From NCBI GenBank assembly GCA_030141605.1, contig JAQGDQ010000110.1, positions 62,001 through 126,000 of the forward strand: a stretch of 64,000 bases of DNA. The letters run 5' to 3'. The notes beneath the pieces are model-generated. The model was not told the origin of the DNA and searched no databases. It worked only from the letters and a program-made list of their open reading frames with translations. This document shows positions 37,141-50,983 of the stretch, piece by piece. Position numbers and translations under genes: made by a program. The first letter of the stretch is position 1; each line of letters opens with the position of its first letter. Origin of the DNA: Tubiluchus corallicola. Taxonomy: Eukaryota; Animalia; Priapulida.

Positions 37141-40100
37141 CACGTGACTTGGGCGCTGGCAACCGCATTGATTCAGAACACAGGTGCGTCGTTTGTTTCT
37201 TAATTTGTATGATGTTAATTTTTACAAGATACTACGGATAGTTAATGCACAGTGCAAGTAGCCATACACTATTATACTATTGCTTCCGTGTTTTTTCGGC
37301 ACAGAATGCTGGAAAATGAAACCTTATTTTTGGATCCGGTTATTCGGCGCTGTCTTTTGCGTCATTAATAATTGAAATATGGCTTCCCTGCGTGCATTCG
37401 TTTATTCAGGGATAACTCATTTTACTCGCTGGCGGTATCACTTTGATCAGTCTAACACGCACATGATACAATGCTGCCTGCATGTGCGTGTGCTGCGTTA
37501 CGTAACAGTGCAATGATTTTCATTGTTTTTGATCATGCATTCATTGTATCATGGGGACGCATCCATTATTTTAAAATAGGTGTGAAGCAGCAATTGTTCA
37601 ACTAAATTCACGTCCAAGATTGTTGTAGCAATGATCACATAGCATTTAATTGCCTGCATTCGGTTTCGACTGATTCATCTCTATGTATACATTCGATTCA
37701 GTGAAGCCCTTTGCCATCATAAAGTACCTGGACAGAATAAGGTTCAGCGTCCCCGCCCCATCCAATCAACTTCAGGTTATTGAGGAGGGTATGAGTCACA
37801 TAGCTAACATCGATATTTACCCGTTAAATATTTAATTACTAAGTGGATATTACGCGACAGAAGATTCCCTATGTAAATAAGGGCGTGTCCAGTTAGAGGT
37901 AACTACATCAAGATTTAAAAGCAAGGGTTCATTAAAAACTCGTGAAAGTAAGCAATGCTAACGGTCTTTTATAGTGTTTTTTGTTTAACGCTTACCAAAT
38001 TGATGGCAACTGAAAGCCATTCTTGGTTTTTCAAATTTTAACTACCCTCAGAATCATACACACGCCCTGCATTTGCTTGTACAGTATATTGTGCACTACC
38101 TTTGACAAACTTTATTTGGGAGCTGACAGAGCGTGTGATTGATAATGCAAAACACTATAACTGTTCTATTATTTGAAGCCATGATTGGTTAAAAGAACTA
38201 GTGCTGCCACCTGATCAGTAACTGTGAACTATAATTACGTTATAGTAAATCAAGTTCATGGTGGTGTGAATTTAGGAAAACCGTTAATTACTGCATTTAT
38301 AGGTATTTCACGTTTTACAAAAAACGTTATCAGTGAAAGCGTTTAAATACTGATTTTTAAATATACCAGCACATTGACACACTGTGTCAGTAATAAATGT
38401 GATGAATATAAAATGTAGCAAGTCCTGCTTAGTATTCTAGCCTGCTTGTGCATTACGTGAGAGGTTGCACAAAGTCCGTGATACGTATGCGCTGGCCAAA
38501 TGAAACCCTTGAGTATGCAGAGTGAAGTAGAAATCTATACAGCATCAGCTGCCTGCTCTTACAGTGGGCGTGCAACTACCTAGGGGGCACCACTGGAAGC
38601 CTGGGAATATGCCTACGCCTAGAATGGATCAGAGGTTCATTGAAATTGTGTATTGTATAAATTTTGTCAAATACTGTCGTTAATGTACTGTCATGTCTTC
38701 GCACGTGCTTGGTTTTTGTGTTAAGTCATTTCCCAAACAACCTACAAGCAGTTCCAGGTAACTATACTGTAATAGACTCCACTAAATGGCGTGCGTGCTA
38801 GGTGTAAATTCCACACTTGATAGCCTTATGGCTGCTGAACTAGGTTGCCATTATGTGCACTACTACATCTTGAGTTTCATTTTTCACCAAGTTCACAAGT
38901 CCTCAAGTGGTAGGTGAGGGATCGAGAACCTGTGTTGTTGATCTGCTGCTCCTTCATATTTTACCTGCATTTTGTATTGTCACTAATGAGAGTTAAACAA
39001 GAAGTTTACGAACTTACGTCTCACCTTCACTTGAAGCCTTTATTGTGAAGTTTTTATAAGTTTTTACTGAATGGTCCTGGCATCAGCAGGCGGTACCGTG
39101 TTCTCATAAGTGATGACATTTTTTCTCTTAACTGTATTTTATATGCTGTAAGTGCAAGTCTTGATTCTACTAAGCCGTGGCAACCCAGTAGATATAAATC
39201 AAAGGCTGTAAATCGAATTTGCTGGTATTTTTGTATTTCTTTATTATATATTCGTAATCTATAAACACACTGCATTATGAATGAACTGCTTGATGCACTG
39301 TATTTTTGCAGTTCTGTTCAGCCCTTTAGATACAGTGTTATGCAGAGCAATGTGAGTTTATTGATACAGGCACCCATTCCTGTACTTTATAGGTCTGGTT
39401 ATTTTTTATCAGTTTTTTATCTCTGGAACCGTTAAAGCCACAAACTACAGTAGTAGCTACTCAGCGATCTCCACGAGTTTGAAGTCAACAATTTTCCTGC
39501 TGATTTTATTTCAAAAAACCAAGTAATCAAATTATCTCTCTAAATTGCAGCGTCTGTCCCCACGGTCTTCCCCCTTTTCTACGCAGCAACTCCCCGAGGA
39601 AATGAGAACTACAAGTGCATGTTCTTCAGTTTTCAGACAAACACACGTTTTGACATTTCCTCTAGGAGATTTGAGGCTTTTAGAGAAACCCAACTCTTCT
39701 CATTTCACACTGGAGGCGAGTTCTCCCGCTGAGCGAGAAGACGCTCTTTACGGCTTCATCTGCCCGTAAAAGCTGAATGTAATTTCAAAATTGCCCATCA
39801 AAACGTCATACAGGCATGTTTGTTTTGTAAAACTTTCAAACAGTCGCTTTGAATTAACGTCAAAAGCGAGTTGCTGTTCTTCTTCTTATGAGCAAAGATT
39901 GTCGCAGAATAAAACCAAGGCAGCAGAAAATGATGAAATTGTGGCAAGTTTGTTTTACCATTATTCACGCCATTTAAGAGTGTGAGCGAGAAGAGAGATT
40001 CCTTTTGTTTGTAAAAATCTTAGTTAGTTCCTAATCTCCACAAAAGAGTTAAGGTGCGCTTAGAAGATTGAAAGAGCTATCAAAGCTTATATAGTCAAAA

Positions 40101-40169
40101 TTTATATAGGTACTCCATACTCAGGTATACTTCCTGCCTTGATACCACAAAGTTCCAAGTGTATTCGTG

Positions 40170-40216
40170 TCCTTGCCCATCTAAGTACTAAATGGAACTC
40201 AAGATGCTTAACTTTG
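40170..40216 (-). mobile_element. 5S-derived (SINE3-like) relic
   Basis: Minus strand AAAGTTAAGCATCTTGAGTTCCATTTAGTACTTAGATGGG versus 5S AAGTTAAGCAACG...GGTTAGTACTTGGATGGG, same spacing. Confidence 0.55.
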
Positions 40217-41555
40217 GAAAATGATTTCTGGTGTAAAGCATGAGCCTAAGATATGCACATTAAATGTTAATTTTCTTTAACATAAATTTATATTAAATGT
40301 AAAAAGTTTCATTGCCTTTAATGTATTCCTAACTAGATCATCTAGCATTTGCACATATTAACATTAGCAGTAACTTTAGCATTTGCACATATTAACATTA
40401 GCAGTAACTTTAGCATTTACAAGGACAAACTTCAGCATTTGATGATGACCTTCACAATTCCGCAGTCAGTGATTTTTACTCCCAATCTTCACCAAGGAGA
40501 ATGAAGAACTAAAGATCAGACAGGTTTCTACTGGTTATGTCTGGTGGGATAACTCTAGCATGGCTTCCTTTTCTGACCCGTTGCTGATGTCAAGTTTTAT
40601 TTTTAAGAGCAGCAGTGTGGCTTCATGCTTGATTTTCTGCTTCCTTGTTTTCATAAAGCATAAGAATGTGAAAAGAGATAGGGTTAACCTGCTCAGCAGA
40701 AGGCAGATGCAGTTGTGCTGGTGTTTCGTGAGGTTGTTTGGATCACTTTTATTGCTTCATCCTTGTGTCAGAACTTTGCAGCTGTCTTATAATTACTTTG
40801 TTGAGAAATTATAGACTTTTATGAGCTGTTATGAGTGACTCAGATTATCTTTTGCCAAAGATGGCTTTGTATAAAGTGGTTGTTTGCATAAATTTACGAA
40901 TAGACAACTTCTGCTCTGTGAAAGTTAAGCTGTTTGTTTGCAGTTAGAATGTCTTGTTGTTTCTCTCAGCAAAAAAGGAAATTAAAAGGTGAAGTTATTG
41001 CCATTCTTTAACATATTTCATTTTCTGTCTGACTCAAACTGTCGATTTAAGGCACGAGAGATTATTATTAATTGTGATTGTGGCAAGCAAATGCAACTCA
41101 TTACTATAATTCGTTGTTAAACTGTCAACAGGGGGCATAAATTTATGATTGAGATGAGGATTATTATGATTTATGTGGAAAACTAATGCCTTTTTAATTG
41201 TTTCAAGGGGAAATGGTTTAAAACAATGGCTTGGACGTGTGACATTGGGGGAAGTATAAAAGGCAAAAAGTTTGAAATGAATGTGAATTGAAAATTTAAA
41301 ATTAATCTACTTTTTAAGTTTTACTTGTGGCAACCCTGGCTTGTGGAGGGCTATAGTGCACATTGTACATTTATGAGAATTCTTGCAGTCATCTGTTGTG
41401 TGTGAAACGATTTTATAAATAAATCTAAAAAAATAATATAAGAAACATACAAAAAATAGTTTAACATTTGTTAATCAGAACTAAATTCTTCGTACTTATC
41501 TGTATGTTTAACTAATGAATAAACTTCAAATTTCTAACGTGTTTTGTTTCTCTAG

Positions 41556-41739
41556 ATGGACCAGTAACAGATGTGATCCGAAGTGTTCACATTCGGCCTA
41601 ATAGTATGGACCTGACCGGGTCACCAGGTAGTCTCAAGTCCCTGCACAGTACTTGTACCTCACCTGAGGGAACTCCAAAGAAACGCTTGAGTACGGGACG
41701 GGAACTTTACAATAAAATACAGGAAATGGACAGAGAGAG
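41556..41739 (+). CDS. APC: APC exon (GPVTDVIRSVH...ELYNKIQEMDRER)
   Basis: gtttctctag acceptor, AG|gtaggt donor, phase 1->2; corresponds to the vertebrate exon ending ...LEELEKER. Confidence 0.75.
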
Positions 41740-42528
41740 GTAGGTATTTTATATGCTAACTCGATTTCCCTATAGGTTAAATGTTGTAAGCTGCTTAGTA
41801 TGTGTAATTTGAAAACTTGTGTCAACTTGATATTTTTCAGACTTTTTTGCAAGGTTAAGCAGAATGATGACTGTGCTTAATGAATCAAGCTTCTTAGACA
41901 ATGTGGGGAATTTCAGAATCAATATCTAAACTTCAATTCCATATTTAGTGAAGTAATTGTCAACTTAAGTAAACATGAGGGAATAACAGTCTGAGTACAT
42001 TTTAGCGTGCTTACTGGAAGTAATATGAGTATTTTGCTAGCCCTAATGTCCTTATCTAGTAAACATATTGTTTTGCAGCTAAGTACGTGTAGTTAAAATT
42101 ACTTGGTTAAGTTAGTAATTAGTTTCCTCCCATTCAGGGCTATTGATGCCTAACCTTTGGAAACCGTTCTTGAACTTAGCCATCAACCTGCACTGTGGCA
42201 AAATTATCATGAACTATAAATACTATCAGTTTTGCATAATGTCTTGTGTTTTTGTACAGAGTGGAGATTTTTGTGTAGCTTTAAATATTAGTTGAAGACA
42301 TCATGTTTTCAAAGGTTTCCATGTCTAAGGTTTCTGACAAATGGTCATAGCATCAGATGGACAATGTGAGAATGTCAAGAAATTACTGACCATTCCACTA
42401 TTCTAGTTGGCATCTCACTAAAATAGAATCTAGGCAAGACCAAACTGAATTATCGCATTCAGGAGTAGATCTGTAGTAAAGCTTCCCCTTTAAAGTTGCA
42501 GTTTGTTGAAATTGTAATATTCTGTGAT

Positions 42529-42758
42529 CACTCGCTCATAGTTCGTTGGTAGCGTGCTCGCTTTCCACCTGGGAGTCGCGGGTTCAACTCCCGACAGAGT
42601 CGTACAAAAGTGTTGAAAAATGATACCGCTGGTTGTTAGACCAAGCACACTGTTTTATCGAAGTAACATGCGGGTAATAATAATCGGGATCACCTTAGAA
42701 ATAAACATTCTGTTACTTAATTACCCGGGACTACGTCCTAAGCGAAATTATTATTATT
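42529..42758 (+). mobile_element. tRNA-derived SINE (Gly-like head) with (ATT)n tail
   Basis: A box TAGTTCGTTGG, TTTCCAC loop, B box GGTTCAACTCC; imperfect stems; body gtcgtacaaaagtgttgaaaaatgatacc...; ends attattattatt. Confidence 0.7.
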
Positions 42759-45224
42759 TTGAAATAGTTGACACACTTGGCACTGTGACTGTGATGTGGA
42801 TCAATTGTCATTGAATTCTCTCTTCCTCCTCCTCGCCCTAATCATTGAAACATCGATGGAATTCGCCTCTAATATTGATCAGGTTGTCTGTAGATGCAGC
42901 AGCGACCATAGCTGACTCATCACAGCGAAGATTCATTCCTTCATCCGGGTGTAAACATGTGCACGTAATTCAGAACAGATACTGACAGGGCTGATCTTGT
43001 CAGGGGGCGTTGCGCTTTGCAAATGGCTTGTGAATCCACCACAAGAAGTAGGTAAAGAATCCGCCACAAGAAGTAGGTAAATTTTATTACCCACCTAGGC
43101 AAAACAGTTTTTCTTTTTACGCACCGTAGTAATCAGCTTTTTTTCCTCAATGCCTATGGGAAAGCTAAAGGATAGTTGGTTTTGGCGATGTCTTTATTTA
43201 GATGGACGTCAATATGTGTTTCTGTCTGGACTTATCTCGCGGGTTCTGTTTATCATTAAAACACAGTCAGGCAGTTTGGCTCCTGTCCAAGAGTAGCCCC
43301 CTGTCTGAATCTGGCTTACTATATACACAGAATAGTGACCTCACTGGTTTCCCACATGGCTGTGTTAGTCCCAGATAAATGTTCTTTGCTCGGCTAGGGC
43401 AGTCTTTGGCGTGCCTAGGGGTATATTTTACCGCCACCACTGTTGTTATTGTAGTCTTTGGTAACTGTTCTCTTTGACGATCTTTTGGTAGTACATTGCG
43501 TTGATAAGAAGAAAAAAGCACTGTACTGCAGATTTAGTTTTTGACGTCTGTTTATTTTAGATGACTCGCTTTTCAATCCTCAATGTTCCAAACATATTAC
43601 AATGATGAAAGGTATGTGATGAGACATGATTTTTCCAATGAGCCAAGTTTACCAAACTTAAAAGCAGTTCAAGAGTCTGCTTTGCCAGAGACTGAGCACG
43701 AGCTAGTCAGAGAGCTTACTGAGTGACTGCCAGTACGTTAGTGAGAGTGTCACCTTTTTCATAATACTTTTTTTTACTGAATTGGGAAGTTTTTTTAACT
43801 AGGTGACATTTCATGAGGTCATGAAGTACAAGCAGTTACTAAGTCGATGTCCTAGTGCCGATAGTTTGTACAAAACAAGAAGCAGGAAATACCAAAGAGA
43901 AAAAAAAACAGAGAAATCAATAACCTTATAACACTGTTGTCATAATGATCATTATTCATTTCCATCTATTATAAAATCGATGTACCAAATTTATTGACGA
44001 GGGTAACACTAATGTTGGCCTGTGATGGTGGCAGCTCATGTGTAAGACCAATGTATTGATGAGAAAAGAAACAATGATGGTTATGACGATAACGATGACA
44101 ACATATCAGCTCCAATAAACAAAGAAAATAACAACAAGCAAGAGCAATGAGAAAAGAAACAATGATGGTTATGACGATAATGATGACAGCAACACCAGCA
44201 GTATTAGTTTCAACAATTACAGACAAAGCCACTCCCAAGATCTTTTCATGAACTTTGGAAAGCAAAAAGTTCTTCACTCAGTATTTAGCTATACTGCCAG
44301 AACTGCAGGGTAATGACAGCGAGAGCAGAAATAAAATCAAGTGTGAGAGACAATGATGGATATGGTGATAATGATGACAACAGCATCAGTAAAAGTCAAT
44401 TCCAACAATAACACGCAATGCCACTCCTAAGATCTTGTCATCAACCTTGGTAAAGCAGAAACAACCAATTGAAAAAGTTTTGCCCAATATTTAGCTTCAT
44501 TGCCTGGGCCTCAGGGTCATGTCAGCAGGAGCAGCAGCCAGCTTGTTTTACCCCACTGTCGCTTCCTTTGATCTCTAAATTTAACGTGTTTTTATTTATA
44601 CACATGTCGACCACCTGGTCAGTGTTTTATTGCATCACGGCTAGAACTAGGCGTAATTTAGTATTTTTAAAATAATTAAGAGCATTTTTGCATGTGCCAT
44701 GAACAAAATATAAGAAATTTTTACTTATAGGGGTACTACGAAGACAACTGTATTAAAAATACTGTTATTTTTGCAGGTTGAGTAACATTAAGATAAAATT
44801 AAGTATATGTCTAGTTTCAATAATTAGTTTTAATCTGACATGGACTCTTTTACTGTCAAAACACGTTTCACTAGCAATGGCAACAGTTTTCACGTTTTTC
44901 TTATGAAACGTTTTTCTCGTTTTAATAAAGCTGTATTTTTTCATAGCTGTTGAAGTTGATTTAAGAATTGGTTCTTACTGGAAACTCTGTGACTCAGACT
45001 CCAAAGCCTTTTTCTACTCTTTGCATAAATGTGTCAACATTTAAAAGTCTATGCACATCTCAAGCAACTGAGTAACTAAAATATGTTAAACAGAATTGAT
45101 CTCACAAAGTTTCACATTGATAGTGTTACAGTACATGATGTGGAGACTTGCAAATACCTACAGGCAAGCCTAATAGGTAAATAGTCCTACGAGCTACGGC
45201 ACCTCCTAACTAATTATATTCGTA

Positions 45225-45535
45225 CGGTACATTCACACTAGTGAGTTTTTTCGCCAAGTAACTCGCAAGCGTGTTCAGACTAAAGAGCAAAACTTACTGT
45301 CAGTTACTCTCTGGCGGTAAGCGCGAGTTGACACTCGTGTCTGTTCACTGTGAGAAGTGTCGACAGTAACTCGCCGAAGCGCTCGCACTAGAAAGTAAAT
45401 AAACTCGCAGCAACTGTTGGAACGTTAAAAATTTCTTGCCGACGGTAACTCACAAAGCAGTTCACACTAGAGAGTTTTCTTGTCAGAGAGAAAAACTCAT
45501 CACAGAAAACTCCCTAGTCTGAATGAACGGTTGTA
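45225..45535. mobile_element. MITE-like element with internal TTCA(C/G)ACTA repeats (related reverse copy at ~55315-55540)
   Basis: Imperfect TIR cattcacactagtgagtttt / aaaactccctagtctgaatg; tcagactaaagagcaaaactt shared with 55510-55532 (reverse complement). Confidence 0.55.
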
Positions 45536-47234
45536 TCTGGAATGAAATACACCTTCTGCATAATTCCTCTACATGACCAACACAGAGAAGTCATTTACTA
45601 TACCTCATTAACCTGAACATTGATCAAGGGCTAAATGTTCTTTAGGAAAGGGTCAGTTTTAATGGGATACATTTCCTGTAATAATTGGGTCCAATTGTAC
45701 ATGAATGATTTATGGTCAGCAGCTGTTGCAGCATTGCAGTATAAATTGACAGATTGATCGTATTTTTGCTCTAATGATTATGATTACTGAGACGAAATGC
45801 ATGTTATATCACTCACTATTCAGCCATAAATACTCATCAACTATAGATCTTCCATCTGGCTGTTTATTTAAGCCATTCATGTAAGTTAAACAAGGTTTGC
45901 TAAATGTAAACTAAACTGTGGCTGCCTGTGTTGTTTTTTAATGCAGTCTGACACACTGAAAGCTAGTACCTGACAACACTCAACTACAAGCGCTACTTGC
46001 CTTAATGAGATGTTAATAATTATAGCAAGACCAGAACATGTTTGCCATGAAAAGTAATCTTCTGCATGAAAACTGATACGTACTGGCAGAAGTGTCTTGG
46101 TCACTTTTGGAGGTGTGTACATCCTCCCTTATTGAGCCAGAGCAATACGGCACCTAAAAAGCATGCACAGCAGTTCTCTTGGTGGTCACTCGTCCATTTA
46201 ATTCCCAGTCTGAGCTGCTAGGAAAGGTTGTGTAAGCCTGAGCAAGTACTGTACCGTTTTGGCACAGCTCGATTTATCTTCAGCGGCGTGCCAGGAGGTC
46301 TGGAGCTCATCTTGTGGTCTGGAGCTTGTCACGTGCCTTGGTGCTTTTTTGTGGAAAAAGTCACATATACATCAGATCAATCATCTTACCACAAGCTGAG
46401 TCTGCAATCGGATCCACTTTCATTTAGACAACAAATTAGACTGTGGTTTCTACTGCATGTTACTGACTGTAAATATACGCCTCTGTTTATTATCCAGTGG
46501 GGAGGCGCTAATTCTGGAGTGCGATGATCACCTCTGCATTCAAATTTAGTGGCTTCTGTCTTACAATAGAAGTGTCAAATGTAGATAAAGCTAAAAAATC
46601 TCAGACACTGTTACATTTTTAGAATGCATTCACGTTTGTACAGTTTGCCATAGTTTTTGGTATTGCTCATGTGGTTCAACAGACATTGCAAGATTTTGTC
46701 TAATGTAAACTTGTTTCACTAGCAGTTAGACCAAACTAAAGAGATTGATATCAGAAAGAGAGAGGGAAAGAGAGCTCTAGCTTCACTCTTTAATTTTTGC
46801 AGTAAAAGGTTGTTTTGGTTCTTTTCATCTCCTTATTTTGGAACATCATCTCCTTGTTTTGGAATTGGCAGAGCTGAAAATCACTTGTAGTTTGTGATCT
46901 CATGTAGTTGGCTGTTAATCCTGCAGCTCTGACGTAGATTGATGTTGTGAAGTCTGTTTTCATAATAAGAAATTGCTTCATTGAATCATTTTCAAATAAA
47001 ACTGGTTCGTACATACACAATGTGATTGAAAATAGGCTATGGAATTTAGTGGAAAGCTGCATTCTGCATTCAGCTTCTAAAGACTTACAAAAGGCTGATA
47101 AAGGCTAATATCACACCCCGCAATATTAGGAAAGTCAGCAATTAAACAGAACCCAAAACAAATTTATACTCATAAAAGTCATTACTAATGTCTCTTGTAT
47201 TTGCATAAAATACATAGAAAGAGCCAACCTCTAG

Positions 47235-47741
47235 GAATCAACATATTTATTGATCGTTTCGACTATCATAGCCATTTTCTATACAATAAAGCAAGCCAAA
47301 AAAGGAATAATTAGTACACTGATGGTACTAAAATATAAAGACCCAAAATGTCATTACAAATCAACAGATGAGAATTTAAATTGTCAAAGTAAATGTGATA
47401 TAACTAGAAGAAATTTGCAGAAAAGTGTAAAAAATGTAAAAGAGTTTTACCTTATATCTATGAGATTCAGAAAAGATCATAAAACAGTAATCAATTAGTC
47501 TAAGTTGTGTTAAAAAATTTTTACATTTTTACTTTTTTACATTTTTTTACACTTTTTTGCAATTTTGTCTAGTTACATCGCGTTTATTTTGACAATTCAA
47601 ATTCTAATAAGTTGATTTGTAATGACATTTTGTGCTTTTATCTTTTAGTGCCATCAGTGTACTAATTATTCCTTTCTTGGCTTGATTTATGGTATTGAAA
47701 ATGGTTATGATAGCCGAAATGATCGGTAAATATGTTGATTC
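47235..47741. repeat. Foldback element with ~210-bp imperfect inverted arms
   Basis: gaatcaacatattta...aaggaataattagtacactgatgg...aaaatgtcattacaaatcaac versus its reverse complement at ~47535-47741. Confidence 0.85.
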
Positions 47742-47897
47742 TCTTGTATTTGCCTTGGTATACTAGTAGACATTTTTCATAAGATGACCCAGTTGATAAA
47801 TTGCTCAGAGTCAGATGGTTATTGACAGCTAGTTGATGTTTAAGCTAGCCAAGGCTATTTGAGGCTAGTTCTTACGTATTGTAATTCTATTTCACAG

Positions 47898-48012
47898 GTC
47901 GGACATTGTGGCAACAATAGAACAAGAAGACCAAGAGAGGAAGATGATCTACAATCAATTAGATAGAATCTCTAAAGAAATAGAAACACTTGAACGAGCT
48001 GACAATCTCAAG
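47898..48012 (+). CDS. APC: APC exon (SDIVATIEQEDQERKMIYNQLDRISKEIETLERADNLK)
   Basis: tttcacag acceptor, AAG|gtaagc donor, phase 2->0; aligns with vertebrate SLLLADLDKEEKEKDWYYAQL. Confidence 0.85.
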
Positions 48013-49969
48013 GTAAGCTACAAAATGCTTTGTGGATGTTTTACCACTAAATCTGTTTACATTTTCTGTAATCCACATGCCTCACAACTCCTTCAAACAG
48101 TTAAGATCCATGATTGTTTTTATACACCACATGGATAGATAGTTGTGACGAGTGAATCAGTTATGCAGTTTTGCCCTGGATCCACAATTTAACACATAAA
48201 AGCTATCTTCTCGGTATTTGCTGTCCTTTCTGTTTTGTTACAAAACCTATGAGACGACATATGTAAACAAATACGTAACGTGGATAAATTGTAAAATCAG
48301 GTGACAGAGCTTGTCTAATCACCACAACTAGTGAAGATGATTTCCTATGTTACAAGAATATGAGTAGAGACTAAAGCGTAATTTTTTTGAAATGTCATTT
48401 CTCATTTAGTCTAGATAAGTATAGCTGGTAGAACCAAATTGGTGTTAATGCATACTACATTTTTATTTTTTTATAAATAGGTATTGTATTAGTTGTTTCA
48501 ATCTAGCATAGAAATTAGCTGAAACTTCAAATCTAGGTACTGTGTATTTTGTTTAGGTATGGACCATTTTTGCACACTTGAATTTTTGCCTATAATTTAA
48601 ACTACCATATACAGATAGCTGCTATCATTATAAGCAAAACTATAATTCGATTTGTAGGGCATGACAAGATTTGCAAATATGTAAAATTTATGTGTTTGGC
48701 ACATTTCCAAAAAAATATACATACAAATTTTTGCGTAGTAATTAGAGAAGCCCATATTTTTGAGTGTGTAGCTTCTGAGTGTTAATGAAATTAATTAAGT
48801 TCAGTTTTTAATTCACCCAAGTCTTTATTTCTGGTATATCTATAGCAACAAAAATTTTTAGAACTTCTACACCAGCCCTGAAGTATACCATATACTCGAA
48901 TGGCTTTCTTACTGAATCTAAGGCGCACAACATTTATTGGGTTACCTCAGCCTGTTCTACGTTGCACAGCTGCATTTTATAGCTGTAACTGAATGCAAAT
49001 GATTTTTCATCAGATGGTAGCAGCTGCTGTGTTTATAATGTTTGCAGAAAATGTAGGATGTACTAGTTATGACAATATATGTAAACCATTAACATAAATT
49101 TCTTGCATTAACGAACATAGGTAACCAAATATATTACGCTAGAGTAATTGGCCTAGAATTACATCACCTACTTACATACAAATTGCAAAGCAGGAACTCA
49201 CACCACAGAACTTATTCTGAGCTTCATATCCCCAGTGTTTGCACATTATTGAAATGCTAGCTTAAGTATTTTTCGTTTCTACATCTCTTGAATGTACCGT
49301 TTGCCACTTCATTAAATATCTGGTTGTGTTAACACTAATCATATTTTTACCTACATATTTTAAAAATGTACAAATGTCGCTTATGTTAACTGATAAAATT
49401 TATCTCCCTGGTGAGCTGTTTAATCTTGTCTAATCTTGTCCCGTTTGCCGTTTCTTTCCTTGTATTACGTCTGTTGCCTTGCTGTTGCTTTGTTTTGTTT
49501 TGGTCTGCCTTGCATGATCTTATCTTGGATTGTCTGGTGTTAGTTATTGCCTAGATCCATAGACTCTGCATATTTGGAGATGTATGTTTTCTATCCCCAT
49601 ATGCTTGGATACGCTCTTTATATTTTCTCCATAACGAAATTTTGTATTGTTTATGGATTTATTTATTTTCTTTTGTAATTTTTTGTGTGATTTTGTCTTT
49701 TCTTTGTTGTATCCTAGGTCTGGCAAAACAAAATTCATTAAGTACAAGTAATCTGTTGTTCTTACTGCTTTAGAGATGCTAGTTAATATATTTTATATAA
49801 TTCGAGTTTATTAAATACATTTTTATTATATAGCTGCATACATTTCATGATTTGTGTGAATTGCGGTGTTTTTGATAAATTACGTATTTTGATTAGCGTA
49901 TGGTCAATGCATATCCATATCTAAATGTGTCTGCATAAAGTTTTACATATGACGTCCCCTTGCTTTTAG

Positions 49970-50164
49970 TATAATTTTAAAAATGACATGAAGAGAAGGC
50001 AATTGGAACATGATGTAAAGCAGCTACAAGATCACCTACACAACAAACTAGGTACGGAGGATCAGATGGCTCGAAGACATCGACTCCGCATGCAGCGTAT
50101 AGCCCAGATAGAAAAAGAGATGCTTCTACTTCAGAAACAACAGTCACTGCTAAGCCCTGATGTG
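49970..50164 (+). CDS. APC: APC exon (YNFKNDMKRRQLEHDV...RMQRIAQIEKEML...)
   Basis: gcttttag acceptor, GTG|gtaagt donor, 195 nt; matches vertebrate DMTRRQLEYE and RIARIQQIEKDI. Confidence 0.9.
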
Positions 50165-50650
50165 GTAAGTTTGAATTTGTTTCAAAATTCCTTTTTTAAA
50201 AGAAACAGTTAGATTGCTGGAAAGAAATACTGAAAGTTTTCTTTGAAATACTTAGAAACTTTAAAATTAGCTCCAAAACTCTCTTTGTTTTTTGGTATAG
50301 AGCATTGTTGTGTAACAGGAACTTGTAAAAAATGAAAGGGTGACTGAATGAGTGTTTGAGCAGTTTCATTCATTTATTTGTCTTGTTTCTACAAAAACAG
50401 TGTGTGTAGAATATGTGTGAATTACAAAATTACAGTATCAAAATTGTAAAGTGTTTACCAGCTACGCAAATGTGGCTTTTAGCATCTGTATGAAGGAAAT
50501 GTGAAGTAATTAATGTCTGTACAGTATGTGCCAGATGTAATAATTATTATAAAGCAAAATTTTTATTTGTATAACAATAGTTTATAATCTCAACGAAACG
50601 TGAAAAAAGTAAGTGCTTCTGCTGAATATATAGCTTGTACTGTAGAGGTG

Positions 50651-50891
50651 CATCATTGTTGCATATCTTTAATTCATGTACATCATTGTTTGCATATCTT
50701 CAATTCATGTACGTCATTGTTGCATGTCTTCAGTTCATGCACATCATTGTTGCATATCTTCAATTCATGTACATCATTGTTGCATATCTTCAATTCATGC
50801 ACATAATTGTTGCATATCTTCAGTTCATACACATAATTGTTGCATATCTTCAATTCATGCACATCATCGTTGCATATCTTCAATTCATGCA
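50651..50891. repeat. 30-bp minisatellite, 8 copies
   Basis: catcattgttgcatatcttcaattcatg(t/c)a repeated. Confidence 0.95.
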
Positions 50892-50983
50892 AATGCAACT
50901 TTTGCCAGATTTGCTCATTTGATTTTGATTCACTGATTTTCAAGAAAGTAATATTCAGTACTTTTACATTTGTCACCCTGCAG

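Noticed and set aside
39875-39985. SSYEQRLSQNKTKAAENDEIVASL resembling the APC N-terminus ASYDQLLKQVEALKMENSNLRQEL
   Set aside because: Spacing matches, but the hydrophobic heptad residues are missing and there is no in-frame ATG or good acceptor; probably chance, though worth one HMM check.
42529-42602. tRNA-Gly gene
   Set aside because: Acceptor and anticodon stems do not pair properly, and it is followed by a SINE-like body and ATT tail.
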